Assembly (NCBI GenBank): GCA_013265495.1
Contig: MU058844.1
Span: 9,940,184-10,002,183 of the forward strand
Length of the DNA: 62,000 nucleotides
DNA from: Vicugna vicugna
Lineage: Eukaryota
Direction of reading: 5' to 3'
Within the stretch, counting starts at the first letter, position 1; every line of letters begins with the position of its first letter. A program made the position numbers and the translations under genes. The notes under the pieces are model-generated. The model saw only the letters and a list, made by a program, of their open reading frames with translations. It had not been told where the DNA came from and searched no databases. Positions 36,826-49,130 of this stretch are shown here, one piece after another.

Positions 36826-37577
36826 CTGTTAGAAAATAATACAAACGCTGTTACCTTTCTAAGAAACTTGGCTCTAATTAGTATTTTTCAAGTGTCATAA
36901 ATATTGAAAGGTTTGTATTCAAGAGCATTCACTGAGCCAATAGCCCTAGTAAACATGGCCAATTGGTTCTAATAATATTTATTGCAGTGATAGATTAAGC
37001 ATATATTTGCCACTTTGTTTAAATAAATTATGAGACATCACAACCAAAACTAAAAATTGTGCCTGGGTCATACTGAAAACCGATGATGGAATGAAAACCT
37101 GAACATGAACCTGCTGGTTGCCAAAAGACCAAAATGTCATTGCCTCTACTCCAGGCCATGTAAACAGACATGACACGGTTCATAAGCTTAGAATTTTCAC
37201 CCACGTTTCAAGGAAATTATACTTTAATTTTATTTTATGGTATTCTTTTGGCTCATTTCCAAACAGAAAACTTTGCATCAAATGTGACCTTCTCTTTGAA
37301 ACATTTATCACTTTCTATAAACTTGAGGTATTTCTTCCGTCAAGTTTTTAAATGGCCGTATTTCATTCTTTTCTTCTTGGCTGAACAAAAAGGCATAAAA
37401 ATAATGGTATGATCCCCTGTGGGCAGTAGCTGCCCACAAACTCCTGAAAGCCTTTAAAGTCTTATTCACTCAGACTTGGTTTGCTTTTTGCTGAAGTCAG
37501 GCACATTAAGTAAGTAAGAGATGACTGACACTGATACAACTGCTTAGGAAAACTGTGAAATAAATGGATCTCATTAC

Positions 37578-37685
37578 CAGGTATAACATGGTGTAGCAAT
37601 CACTTCTCCTGAGAGGTATTCCCAGTCTTTCCAGATACACGGACAGCTTTCAGGGACGTAACACTTGCCTTTGTGCTCTGCCATT
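37578..37685 (-). CDS. OTOGL: OTOGL e14 (108 nt, 2-2): MAEHKGKCYVPESCPCIWKDWEYLSGEVIATPCYT
   Basis: ggaag acceptor, TG|gtaatg donor; translated by hand. Confidence 0.93.
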
Positions 37686-38379
37686 CTTCCAAATGAAGAA
37701 GTAAATGCTATTTAATATAAACTACTAATTCCATGTTTTAAAAAATCAGTAATCTTGTTATATTCAAAACCATTTATGTTTATTACAACAATCATAAGCA
37801 TACTCTGTCTGACCTATGGAGGCACTGAGTCCAGTCTTTCTCCTCTATTTTTCCACAAAGTATCTTGCACATAACAGTAATAACTATATTCTTTTTTATC
37901 ACTTACAAATACAACAAATACAAGTACAATAAAAAGGAGACGAAGTCTAAATTTCTGGGTAAAGAAAGCTATTCTGAAAAAGCAATTAAAAAGGCAGTGA
38001 GGTTCCCTCTCTTCAATATTTGATATTTAAGAGCCTGTGAGTCAAGAAATAGTGAATCATAAGCTGGATAAAATTTTCAACTACAGGATAGAGAGAGTAA
38101 TCAAAAGCTTCTTTTATGAGTGCTTAAATTGAAAATGATGGAGTTTAGTTTAAATGTGTCTTGAATAAGAAATTACATCAAGTGTTTCACCTTCTTCATT
38201 ATTAACATATCAAGTTTTGAGTATTGGTTTTCTTCAAAGCGTTATTCCCTTCATGAAAGGCTACCTCATTAGAAAGTATCTTAAAATATCTATGAATATA
38301 AAAAATAAAATTATTACTCGTAACCTCAAGGAAAAATCAGTTTTGGTGTGTTATCAAAATATTTCAAAATGAAGATTAA

Positions 38380-38620
38380 ACACATATTATACATAAAATT
38401 TATTTCAATACTCTTAATATAAAATATATACATATATTTTTCAATATTCTTAAAATCTTTTCTCAAAAATAGCTTTCATAATAATAAAACACTAATAAAT
38501 AATACATATAATTTAAATATATAATATAACTATAATATGATAATAACATAAATTAGAATAATAAATAATAATAGCAGAATAGTAATAGTAAGACTCAAAA
38601 CCAGCAGTAAAAATAGATAA
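38380..38620. repeat. AT-rich low-complexity tract
   Basis: Seen directly (aataat/atat runs). Confidence 0.75.
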
Positions 38621-39534
38621 AATACTTAAAGTTTTTCTCTGAATTTGCTTTAAAATGTTATAGTTCAACATTATCAAAATTAACACAGAAGTGAGGAATC
38701 CTGAATTCCTGCCTATTCTCTCAAACAGAAATAATCACACAGGTTCCTTTAGTGCTCTGCTTCGCCACTCATAGCTCATCTGACACAGTACAGTAATTCC
38801 TTATTCAATGTATATGTTGTCCACTTGCTTTTAAGTTCTACTCCAGAAGACCATGAAGATCTTGTCAATGGTTATGTTCCAATGCCTGGTACATAGCAGA
38901 TACTCAGTTGTTGAGTAAAGGTGAAGAAATGAACCTATCTATACAATAGGTTATTGCATCATCTCATTAGGTTTCTTTCTTTCAGATAACAGTACCCTAC
39001 AGTCCATACATTCTCCCCTCAACCTTCTTAAACTTCTAGTCACTTTCCATGAGTATTGCATCTCTCTTCTGCCTGGAAAACTGAAAGACTTTTTCTCATC
39101 ACTTAAAACTCAATTTACTGCAATCCCTTCAGTGCATTCTTTTTATGTGCCACTCCCTATATATAGTAATTTGTACACACCTTTATTGGTGGGTTCATCA
39201 CGATGAACTGCAAGTACTTCACTACGTGACTTAACAGAGCAAATTAACACAACAAAAACTAGAGTTTTTGAGTGTTTACTATGGCCCAGCCACTGTAAAT
39301 ACATCATTGACTCATCTAATCCTAGTGACAATTCCATAAGGTAGATTCTATTGTTACTTTATATGTGTATTTTAGTAACATTATCCCTTTAGCTTAACAC
39401 AATGTCTTAAACGTTAGGTGCTTTACAAATGCTGAATGTCTAATTGTTTCAATAAGAGATGCCCCACCTAAATGAACCACAATTCTTTTTACAATTCTCA
39501 TTTCTGTTATTTTTTAATATTACTCACATTTAAG

Positions 39535-39635
39535 ATTTTTTAACTGAAATATAGTTGATGTATAATAAATTAGCTTCAGGTGTACAGCACAGTGATTCAG
39601 TATTTTTGCAGATTATACACCATTGAAAATTATAA
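39535..39635 (-). mobile_element. L1 3'-terminal fragment (L1MA/laurasiatherian type)
   Basis: ttttttaactgaaatatagttgatgtataat...tcaggtgtacagcacagtgattcagtattt. Confidence 0.75.
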
Positions 39636-39797
39636 CCATAATTCTTACATAACCAGCCAAAATAGTGGTTTTAAATGGTTATGCTGATGATTGGTGAGTT
39701 TTTTCATAACTAATCAAAACTGGAAGAAGGAAGAAGAAAGCTATAAATCACTGTGAATTGTCTTCGTTCAGCAGATTTGTAAAGCGGGGTAAGTAGT

Positions 39798-39985
39798 AAA
39801 CATTTACTGAGCACCTACCACGTGACTGGTGTGCTGCAGATGCTCAACCATCTCTGAAGTAGATATCATTACACCCATTTTAAACAGGAAGTTGAGACTC
39901 CAACTGGTTAAGTAATTTGTCCCAAGGTACTTTAGCTAATAAGAAAGAGGTCCAGTATTTGAACCCATTTCTGCATGACTTTTCC
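39798..39985 (-). mobile_element. MIR
   Basis: aacatttactgagcacctacca...ggttaagtaatttgtcccaagg...tttgaaccca. Confidence 0.7.
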
Positions 39986-41688
39986 ACGACATTACTTTCC
40001 ATTTCTTGAATCCACAATGATTTCTAAACTAAGGCATGTGGTCCATTTATACTCAAGGAACTGCTGGCAATGCGAGGAGCCCCAGGAAAACAAGGGATAC
40101 TAGGCTATTGTCATAAAATAAAGATAAACCAGCTGAAGCCATGTGGAAGACAATCCAAATCAGAGTACCATAAAACAACTTTTTTAATAGAAATTTCTGC
40201 GTAACAAAATTATTTCCAAATCAGTCAGAGGCCTCTTGGTCAATTTCCAACTATACTTATTTCAATAAAATAAGAGAAGGTAAGAGAAAATTACTTTGAG
40301 TTTTTATACTGATTTTTGACCAGTAAATTAAGAAATCACTGGTGAACTAAAAGTCAAAGATGACAGCAAATATGTATTTTTTTTTAAATAGTAGCATTAA
40401 CTACAAGCATGAAACAGAATTTGGATGCAGCTTGATCTAATCAGTCGTGCATCTGAGTCACAATCAAATCAAATTAATCAAGCAATGTTGTAGGTTGCAT
40501 TATTTTACCATAATAAATCTTTTATTTCCCTTGTCCCTTTTACTAAAATATCTTCCTTGCTCATCTGCTCCACAGCCTGATTTCTACCTGCCTTTATTTT
40601 CCCATGCAAGGCCTTGTTCTTTCACCCTCCTTCTCTGTCCTTCCTTTCTAAAGAGATGGAGACCGTCCCAAGTTACTTGGCTCATCAACCTACTCCAGAC
40701 GGGGACCATTTAGACAAACGTGACTCTCCTGGGAAACAGACCACAAAACCTCTCTCTTCTTTGCTCCTGGTTTATATGAATTGAGCCCAGGAGTCATTTT
40801 GTGTGAATATGTTCATCGAGGAAGAATGGGTGACCTGTTTGCCTTAGGTGGCCCTCCCGCTGTGCACTGCCGCTATTCATTACTGGAAGAGGGGAGGGCA
40901 GGGAGGCCAGGTTCTACGTGTGCCTGCAAGGAAGCAGAGAGCCACCAGATTCTGTAATTGCCTTCCGCATGTACTAGGTACTCCTGCTACTAAGGACATT
41001 TACCAAGATAAGAATGAGTTATCCATAAAATAGTGACCCATATTTATTGAGTGTACACACACACACCCCATATCTCATGATGCCTTGTTGAAGCTTTAAA
41101 GGAACTTGCAGAAAAATCACTCAGCTAATATTGGCAGGACTGGGATTTGAACTAGGTGTGTCTGAAGCCAGAGTTCCTACTGTTACCCACTGCCCTAAGT
41201 AGCCTCAACACACCATTTTCTGTAATATCCATCAGATAAAGCAGCTGGCACCAGTAATATAACTTAACATCAGCAACAGTGACAGCACAACAGAATATAC
41301 AAAGACATGCACTTCAAATGCTTTGAATGAAGAGTGGCTCACTGTTACTTTCCCAAACTGCAGTTGATTCAGGGGGTAAATGCCAAGACCATCCTGAAGT
41401 GACTTCCCTCCTCAACTCACTGTATTACTTTAATTATTTTGTATACATAACATATTGTGACATTATTTAATCACATGTGACATGCGATATGTAGTATCTG
41501 ACATATAATATATGTGATGTATGACATGAGCATAGAAAAAAAATTACAATAGTCCTCTAGTCACCAACTTAATGTCAACCACCAGGCAGAACAACAATTG
41601 TAGCTATTTCTGTAAATAATGTTTTTAAGTGCTTTGTGTTTTCTGTCAAATCCTGAACGTTCAGTATCATCAGCAGAGAGAGGCTTAC

Positions 41689-41851
41689 CCTGGAGCACAA
41701 ACACAGCCACTTATGCAGGGTGATGAAGGGGCACAAGTGAAGTTCATAGCCAGGTTTGCACAGGTAGTTTCACAATTTACACCACCAGCTGGTAATTCAG
41801 GGTCAGGAAACCTGCAGTCGAAATACTGTTTTCCCTCGGGGCAGATGTGAA
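41689..41851 (-). CDS. OTOGL: OTOGL e13 (163 nt, 1-2): VHICPEGKQYFDCRFPDPELPAGGVNCETTCANLAMNFTCAPSSPCISGCVCAP; TIL'
   Basis: tgaag acceptor, GG|gtaagc donor; inside ORF 41685..41906. Confidence 0.94.
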
Positions 41852-42929
41852 CTTCAGGGACAAGGCACAGATAAATTACCTTTAACTTTGTATTTACTCC
41901 ATACACACTTAATCATATTGACATGCATGTGTCATCAAAACAGAATTCATCATAGAATACAGTGAATTTTACCAGTAATAACTGACCCTACTCTGTGATA
42001 TCTGGTTCACGAGCTTACAAACATTCCCTAGCCAGATTTCCTTTAATCACCTAAATTTTCAAAAGCTATTTCAAGTTTGAAAAACTTAGCTGCCTTCCAT
42101 AAGCCAATAACTAAACAACTAGTATGTAATTTTCTGAGGTCAAGAAACAGGGTACTTTGGTTAATGCACACATACCTCATCAATTTTTGAGGACTGACAG
42201 TACAGTATATTTAAACTTCTACAAAGCTACGCACCTACAACAAACACACAATATAATTTGGCTCTTGCTTCACCTCTGAGTCATTATTTACATCAATCCT
42301 CACTATAATGTAGATGTGCAGAAATGAACATAACAATGGGCAAGGAAGGGGCTACATATTGCTCCAGAAAGCTTTTAGAGTCAGAGGGATTAAATAACAC
42401 CCCTCATCTGGGGCCAAAAGGAATCTTGCAGATTCCTCTGTGAGAAGTCTGGCCACCTGGGCTTCCTTTTCTCCAACTTTGAGCCACCCTGAAGCAAATG
42501 GGGTGAGGCAGGGAGGACCCAGGGACTACCAAACAGGTGTGGGGGCCATGCACATAACGCTGGAAAGAAGGCCTGGGCAGCCTGAATCCTCACAAAGTAA
42601 GTCCAGGGCACATAATTCAGAACTTATTCATAATATATATATATAACTTTGCAAATAAATAACAGAGCAATAGCTAACAATTTGTTTTACCAGCCTACAC
42701 TCTTCCTGTCCAGTAAAGTAAACAGAAGGTAGTTTTATTATTTGCCTAGAATTTCCCTACAGTGACTAAACACTGGAGGCTTTTTGTGTGGTGAAAATAA
42801 AGAACATAAAGGAGTCTTTAATGTATAGGATCTTCAGGAATGATATGCAGCCGTACAGTGATAGTCTCATGAGAGACAGCAGTTGATATCAGTTTACACA
42901 CCATTTTTAATTGACGGCTGCTTGTCTGA

Positions 42930-43140
42930 AAGCCTGGCTCCCCATAACGTAGCCCAGGAACCAGTGGCATGAGCATTACTTTGGCCGTCAACAGACACGT
43001 CTCAGGCCTCAGTGCTGATCCCCGGGTGACGAGGTGCACATTAGAATCTGAGAAGTGCTGGTCTGGAGTAGGGTCTCCCGACTGCTGCTGCACAAGTGAG
43101 TTCCAACAGGTGCCTGGATACATATCTCTAAAGCCACTGG
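42930..43140. mobile_element. MER5A-like remnants
   Basis: gtgcacattagaatctgagaagtgctg and related termini. Confidence 0.5.
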
Positions 43141-43445
43141 GGCACCTGGGCGGGTGGTAGGGTAGGTGGCATCGAGATAGCATCCCTGGGTTGATCAGCT
43201 CTGCCCCTATGCAGCCTTGGAAGGCTTACCCCACGTTGTCCTACAAATGTTGTAATTCCGCATGTGAAAAAAGCTAGGAAGTACCACAGTACCATGTTGA
43301 GAAACATTCCCAAGGCTGTATTCATGCACATTGGCAAGGGCAGTTGTGATGGATTAACAACTTCTGCCCTAAGAGTAGGGGCAGATGTAAGATTAATAAC
43401 TTATAGCCACATACTCTTTAAGGAAAGCATCTATCTAGATCTTAC

Positions 43446-43498
43446 CAGTAGAGGGCGTTGCTAATTCATCACATTTCACAGTCCCATTTGAACACTGG
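43446..43498 (-). CDS. OTOGL: OTOGL e12 (53 nt, 2-1): CQCSNGTVKCDELATPST
   Basis: actag acceptor, CTG|gtaaga donor; frame joins e11 and e13. Confidence 0.92.
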
Positions 43499-43669
43499 CT
43501 AGTAGAATTAAACAAAGAGTTAATTCATGACCCAAATCTCAGGTTTTTTTCTATACTTCAAAAACAATATAACATGCAAGAATTGACTAATTATATATAC
43601 AAATATTGTTTTTCCCACAGAATTACTTACAAATAAGTTACTGGTTTAGGTCCGATTTGAAGACAGCTA

Positions 43670-44970
43670 TTTCAGTTCAACACATTTTTATCAAACACCT
43701 ATATGTGTGGGGCACTGTGGTAGGCATGGGGACCTCAGAGACCAAACTTCATAGTTTTGACCCAAATACGTATATATATTCTAGCAGGAGAGAAAGACAT
43801 ACAAATAAATAATTTACCTAGTGTGACACGCAACATAGAAATTGAAGATATAGAAGTAAAACACAGAAAAATGTTTAAAAATCTATTCACAGTTGACATC
43901 AAGGGCTGTCAAAGAAGATAAGGTCTGGAAAATTTTGAAGAAGGGATGGAGGTTTGATACAGATAAGGTAGGAAGGCTGTCACACTCAGTGGGGATGTAG
44001 TTCAAAGCCACGTAGGGGCAGAACAGCTTTCTACGCAACAAAGTGCCACATGGGAAGTGACAGGAGATGCAGATGGCGAAGAGTCAAAGGCCAGCTCCTA
44101 TTAAGATGCCAAGACTTTATCCCTAAAGTGAGTCACTGAAGTGAAAAGTGATACGGTTGGTTTGAACTCTTAGAAAAGTCATTCTGGCAGCAGTGTTGAA
44201 AACAGAGTGGTCACGTCTTGCAGCTTAAGTCTCCAGTTAGAGAATAAGGCAAAAACCAAATACAGGCAAATGCATCTTGGAAATCCCTTAAGAATACATC
44301 ATGAGAAGGAAAAACACACCAGGTCTCAGCAACGCCAACATAACCAGGTTCTCCTCCAGCTCTGGACTAGGTGGTGTTTTCTATATTTGAGCCCAGATGA
44401 AGAAGCTGACTAGCAGAGAAGGGCCGTGTCATGCGAAGACATGACATTAGGATGACACTTAGAAATGTGATTCACTCACACCGTGAGCAGCAGGAAGGAC
44501 TGAGACAGACAGAGCCCAGGTCACAGATCAGCGCTTTCACATCAGACTTATCCTGAGACAGAGGCTTTTGGAAAGAAATGGAAAATGAGATCGTGGCACT
44601 AATGGTTTTTTTTTTTCCTCACTGAGGTGGGAAGTTCCCTCTGCTTTTGCCAAGTTTACCTAAATAAATTCAACTATGTTGAATTTGAGAGAGAGATGCC
44701 ATCCTGGTAGAATGGAAAGAGACAAGGCTAGAGATAAGAAAACCAGGTAGACAAACCCAGGGAGACATCAGTAAGGCAGTGGCGATGGAAAGGAAGGAAT
44801 GGATTTCAAATGCACGTCAAAAATAAAATCCACAGTCACTGGGGGTTTACTGGATGCAGGTGATGAGAGGAGGAAGGTGTCAAAGATGACTCCTAGATTT
44901 CTATCTTGGGAAACTGTGGCCACTAGTACAAGGTCCAAGAGCTGTTGCCTTTGTATCTTCATTGATGGGT
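43670..44970 (-). mobile_element. Fragmented L2
   Basis: ttcaacacatttttatcaaacacctatatgtgtggggcactgtg start; gtgtcaaagatgactcctagatttct internal; approximate. Confidence 0.6.
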
Positions 44971-45084
44971 GAAAGGAAGGGAAATGGAAATGACAATAAA
45001 TATAAATTGTGGGTAAACAATATTCTGCCATGAATAAAAATAAGTTGCAGACCAAAACAGGAAACAAAGCAAGCGTTGCTGAGC

Positions 45085-45300
45085 CAGGCTGTTCGAGAAT
45101 GAATCCCGGCTTCATCACCAGGTTGCTTAACTGCCTGTGCCGCATCTTCCTCACCTGTGAACTGGGCCTGCAGCAACAGCACCTGTCTCTTAGGGTCACA
45201 CTGAAGAGCAACTGTTTTAATAACAGATATGAAGCACTTAGAATGGTGCCAGGACTACAGAAGGTGCACAGTAATGGTTAGACAGCATTATTGTTACTGT
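45085..45300 (+). mobile_element. MIR
   Basis: tgaatcccggct...gttgcttaactgcctgtgcc...cctcacctgtgaa...aagcacttagaatggtgcc. Confidence 0.7.
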
Positions 45301-45927
45301 TCCCTTATGTCTGTTACCATCTGTGGGCTCCGATAGAGCAACTAAAAGAGGGAGGGTAGGAGTTGGGTACAGATCCATGAGGACTGCTGCATGCACTTGT
45401 CTGCATTTTAAACAGGTTGCCACCCGAATGAGTGTCATCCTAGGAATAAGTGTTATCTCACTGGGATCGCTGTCTGTAGGGAGGCAGCCCTCTGACTCCA
45501 GAGTGTGACATGGTTAATTCCATTCTAGAATTGCTTTTTCTGAGCAAGTTGTTGAACCACAAAACTAAAACCCCTCAGTAACTTACAGTATTTGAATCCT
45601 TACCCTTAACTTTTATCTGAGAACCAAACTGATCAAAGATCTCCCTTTTCACTGCTTCACACTTCAATTCATGGCTCTTTTCTGCAGTTATGAGCACAAG
45701 ACATAGGCACTCCATGTTGAAACATTATATATATGTGGTTTAATACACCTATTTATTATAGTTTAATATATATGTACAAATGTAATATACATATGGTTTG
45801 AAAGTTTACATTAAGGTTATCTGTATTTTTCAAACTACAGAAGTCATATTTCAATTTATGGTTTTGGTTAAAAAGTTATATGAGTACATGTTATTGGTTA
45901 AGGAAAATCACCATCCCTGAAATTTAC

Positions 45928-46002
45928 CATAAGCCTGAGGGTGTTGGGATGAGCTCCCCAGGTTGGTAAACGCTGCCTCTGTAATGACACCGGCAGTGAA
46001 AT
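45928..46002 (-). CDS. OTOGL: OTOGL e11 (75 nt, 2-2): FHCRCHYRGSVYQPGELIPTPSGL
   Basis: aacag acceptor, TG|gtaaat donor. Confidence 0.93.
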
Positions 46003-46707
46003 CTGTTAAGAAGAAAAAAAGGATTAAATTAACAAAATATGATAAATACTAAAAAAAAAACACCACTGAAATTAAAGCAGACCATATGCTCTATATTGGT
46101 AATTTTCAGGCACACTCTAACCAGGATACTGTTCTATGAGAGTCTGTGCAATTTTGCTATACAAATAGCAGAAACCATTTAAATATGACGTCTTGGGCAG
46201 TTTCAGATTTTGTTTTCTGAACTTCAAACTATGTATTGTTTTAGTCACGATACAGACTGTGTTGTTTTCATCACCCCTCAAAAAAAAAAGCCCCTGAAGG
46301 CAGTTCAGGGAAACACAACCAGTGTATCATTTAGCCCAATGTATACAACTCTATCTCATGTGATATTTGAGAGATTTCTGAGTGCTGAGAGACATTACAA
46401 TCCTGCTACTAAAACCTGCCCCATGACAGTGGAACATACACCTTGCTTTTATTTTTGATATGGCAAAAGCAAGTAGGAGTAAACTTCAGACTTAACCATC
46501 AGATTCCTTAACTCTTTCTATAGCAATTTGAACACGTACGGGGTTCAAAAAAATTTTAAAAATAAGGGTAAAGATATCAAGAAATACTAAAGAAACAACT
46601 CACAAGCAGATCTTTGCACATATGCACACTTATTTTATGGAAGAAATGACTGTTCAACAGTGGAGAAAATTAATTTTTCCAATAAATAGTGCTGAGTCAA
46701 TCAGATT

Positions 46708-46757
46708 AAGAAAGAAAGAAAAGAAAGAGAAAGAAAGGAAGAAAAGAAAGGAAGAAG

Positions 46758-46820
<63 letters not shown>

Positions 46821-46828
46821 AAAGAAAA
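46708..46828. repeat. (AAAG)n microsatellite about 80 nt from the e10 donor
   Basis: Seen directly; explains the KERK/FFLS ORFs. Confidence 0.95.
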
Positions 46829-46907
46829 CAGTCACGAAAGCCCATTTATTCTGTATGGGAGGAAAGAGATAAAAGATGGATGCCATCAGCCCATTTCTGT
46901 GACATAC

Positions 46908-47073
46908 ATGGGCACGCAAAAGCTGAGTGTGTCTTCGTAGTATTTGCCTTCGGGACAGTTGCAGCCTTCAGCACAGTCATCGGTACACTGTTCCGGGGAA
47001 GAGAGAGAGATGCAGGAGCGGCGACAGAAGGAGGCGCAGTGATGGTACAGCATGCCTTTCTGACACACCAGCC
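46908..47073 (-). CDS. OTOGL: OTOGL e10 (166 nt, 1-2): LVCQKGMLYHHCASFCRRSCISLSSPEQCTDDCAEGCNCPEGKYYEDTLSFCVP; TIL2
   Basis: ctcag acceptor, AT|gtatgt donor; overlaps ORF 46886..47068. Confidence 0.95.
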
Positions 47074-47909
47074 CTGAGGATGAAGGAGCATCAGCTGAGG
47101 GAGATTTCCACAGGGCACAGAAGCATTTTATGCTGGGTTATAGGTCTATGATAGACATGTATCATGACAAAGAAGATATCCTGCATCAACAAACCTAGAA
47201 CATTATGGAATTCTATAGCAGGTGTAAACAAACAAACAATTCTTTGCTTCAATAGAAGTATAATAGAAGAAGGAGAAAATTCTATGTGAACTGTCCTTAA
47301 GTGTGACATTAAGAGCCTGTGCCATAATTGAAAAAAATATTTAAGGTATTTTATACAAAATAAACTTCTTGTCCTCACATTCTAAATCTCTCTACTGCTT
47401 TGCTGATATTATCGCCTTTACGGCATTATTTAAATCTAAGTAAACTTTTAGTCTTCTACAAACAAGACAAAACTTGACTTCATTGATCTATACTTGTAGC
47501 TCCTGTTTTTTGCCTTTTTAATCATGTTTATACTTTTCCCTCAACACTTCCAATGTCTTTTTAGAACAAACTGACTGCAGTAGGCAAACTAAAATAATCT
47601 AAAAACACTTGTACAAACAATTCAAAAATGCTGGCTAAAACATAATTGAAATTGTGGTAAACATACAATTGCTCTTGTGAGAGAAAAAAGGGGGTTGGAG
47701 GGTCACCTCCCCAGATGAAAGAAGTAAAGAGAGAAATAAAATCCAGAACTTAAGGTAGAGGATGGAAGGATGGGTCCCAGCAAACTCGGACCTTATGTTT
47801 AACTCTTGTGGGAATGCAAAATGAAAGTTGGTCCTTTAACAAGGCAAGGATTTGGGAGAACCTTAACTTGAACTTCCAAAAACAGTCTCCATCCTGAGTA
47901 AGACTACAG

Positions 47910-48097
47910 CAGAGATCAGCACATTTTTTTTTGTGAAGGGCTAAATGGTGAATAGTTTTAACTTTGTAGGCCACATAGTCTCTGTCATAACTATCCGTGT
48001 AGATGAAAAGCAGTCACAGACAGTGTGCACACATCTGGGCGGTAAGCCTTACTTATGAACACACAAGAAGCCCACGGGTGTAATCTGCCAGCTCTTG
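47910..48097. mobile_element. MER58A-like hAT-Charlie MITE
   Basis: cagagatcagcacattttttt...gaagggctaaatggtgaatagttttaactttgtaggccacatagtctctgtcataact. Confidence 0.75.
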
Positions 48098-48920
48098 GAC
48101 TAGAAGAAATCTCTATGAAACACCAGGAATGCTTTTCTAACTCTGTGGGGTCCCTGATAAAATAAAGTATCCTCTGAGAAATCAAATTCCAGGTTTACAT
48201 CCTGCACAGGTTTGGTATATGAATTTACATTACTTTAATATTTACATAATTTTTGTCTTAGAAAGCCCAACCGGAGAAATTAACACCCAATCTGGCCAGT
48301 GAAAAAGTTTTGTGAAACAACTGCGGGATGGAGAGGTGGAGAGAACAATGTTTTTGAAACCCAGGTCACAAAAGATTCTAAGGGGGGTGGAGGGGTGGGC
48401 AGCTTTGATTAAAGAAATTATTAAACAATAAGGAAAGGAAACAATCTCCCATGCATGAGAACAACGGACATCATAACCATGAGGATTCAAGCCCTAAGAA
48501 CTTCAGACGATAATTGCCTATTGTATAATTTACCTATTTAACTACAAATCACCTGTGTCACTGTATCACATAATGCTTTTCCATACTTTTCAACACTTAC
48601 ATATGACATTTCTATGATAAGAATTGTTTTTCAAATTTTTCAAATTATTTCAGTTGCATACGGTAAACCATACAGCTACATTCTAATTTTGCTTATGGTA
48701 AAAACAGTTAAAAGCTTTTGGTCTTAATCCAACAGAGCTCCAATGTTCAGAAATAAAATATTTTATCTTTTTTCCATGTTTTCCCATTTTAATAATATTT
48801 CAAATAACTTAAGCAATACTGACTTTTCATTAATGGAATTAATGGAGGTAATTACATATGCAAAAAATCTCTGACGTGTTATCTGATCACCTTTATGGGC
48901 ACCAATGCCATTATACTCAC

Positions 48921-49130
48921 CGCAGAATGAAACCTGAGCTCTGAAGTTGATGGGAACACCACGCTGGCCGCAGAGATAAGCATAGTGGGCGAGGGCATTG
49001 CACAGGCAGGCGCTGCCACATCTGCATGCGTCGTGGCGGCAGAGCTGATAGTACAGCCCAGGGCTGATGTAGACGTGGCAGGGGGTAAAGAGCTCTTGGT
49101 GGATAACATCACAGTGTGCTGCGTATCCGA
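48921..49130 (-). CDS. OTOGL: OTOGL e9 (210 nt, 1-1): GYAAHCDVIHQELFTPCHVYISPGLYYQLCRHDACRCGSACLCNALAHYAYLCGQRGVPINFRAQVSFC; C8-2
   Basis: gttag acceptor, G|gtgagt donor; C8 cysteine pattern (the ORF track shows a different frame). Confidence 0.95.

Noticed and set aside
43991..44010. ggggatgtagttca resembling a tRNA-Ala or SINE 5' end
   Set aside because: No B box or cloverleaf follows, and it lies within L2-like sequence.
46622..47077. 151-aa Lys/Glu/Arg-rich + strand ORF
   Set aside because: Produced by the (AAAG)n repeat plus the antisense of e10.
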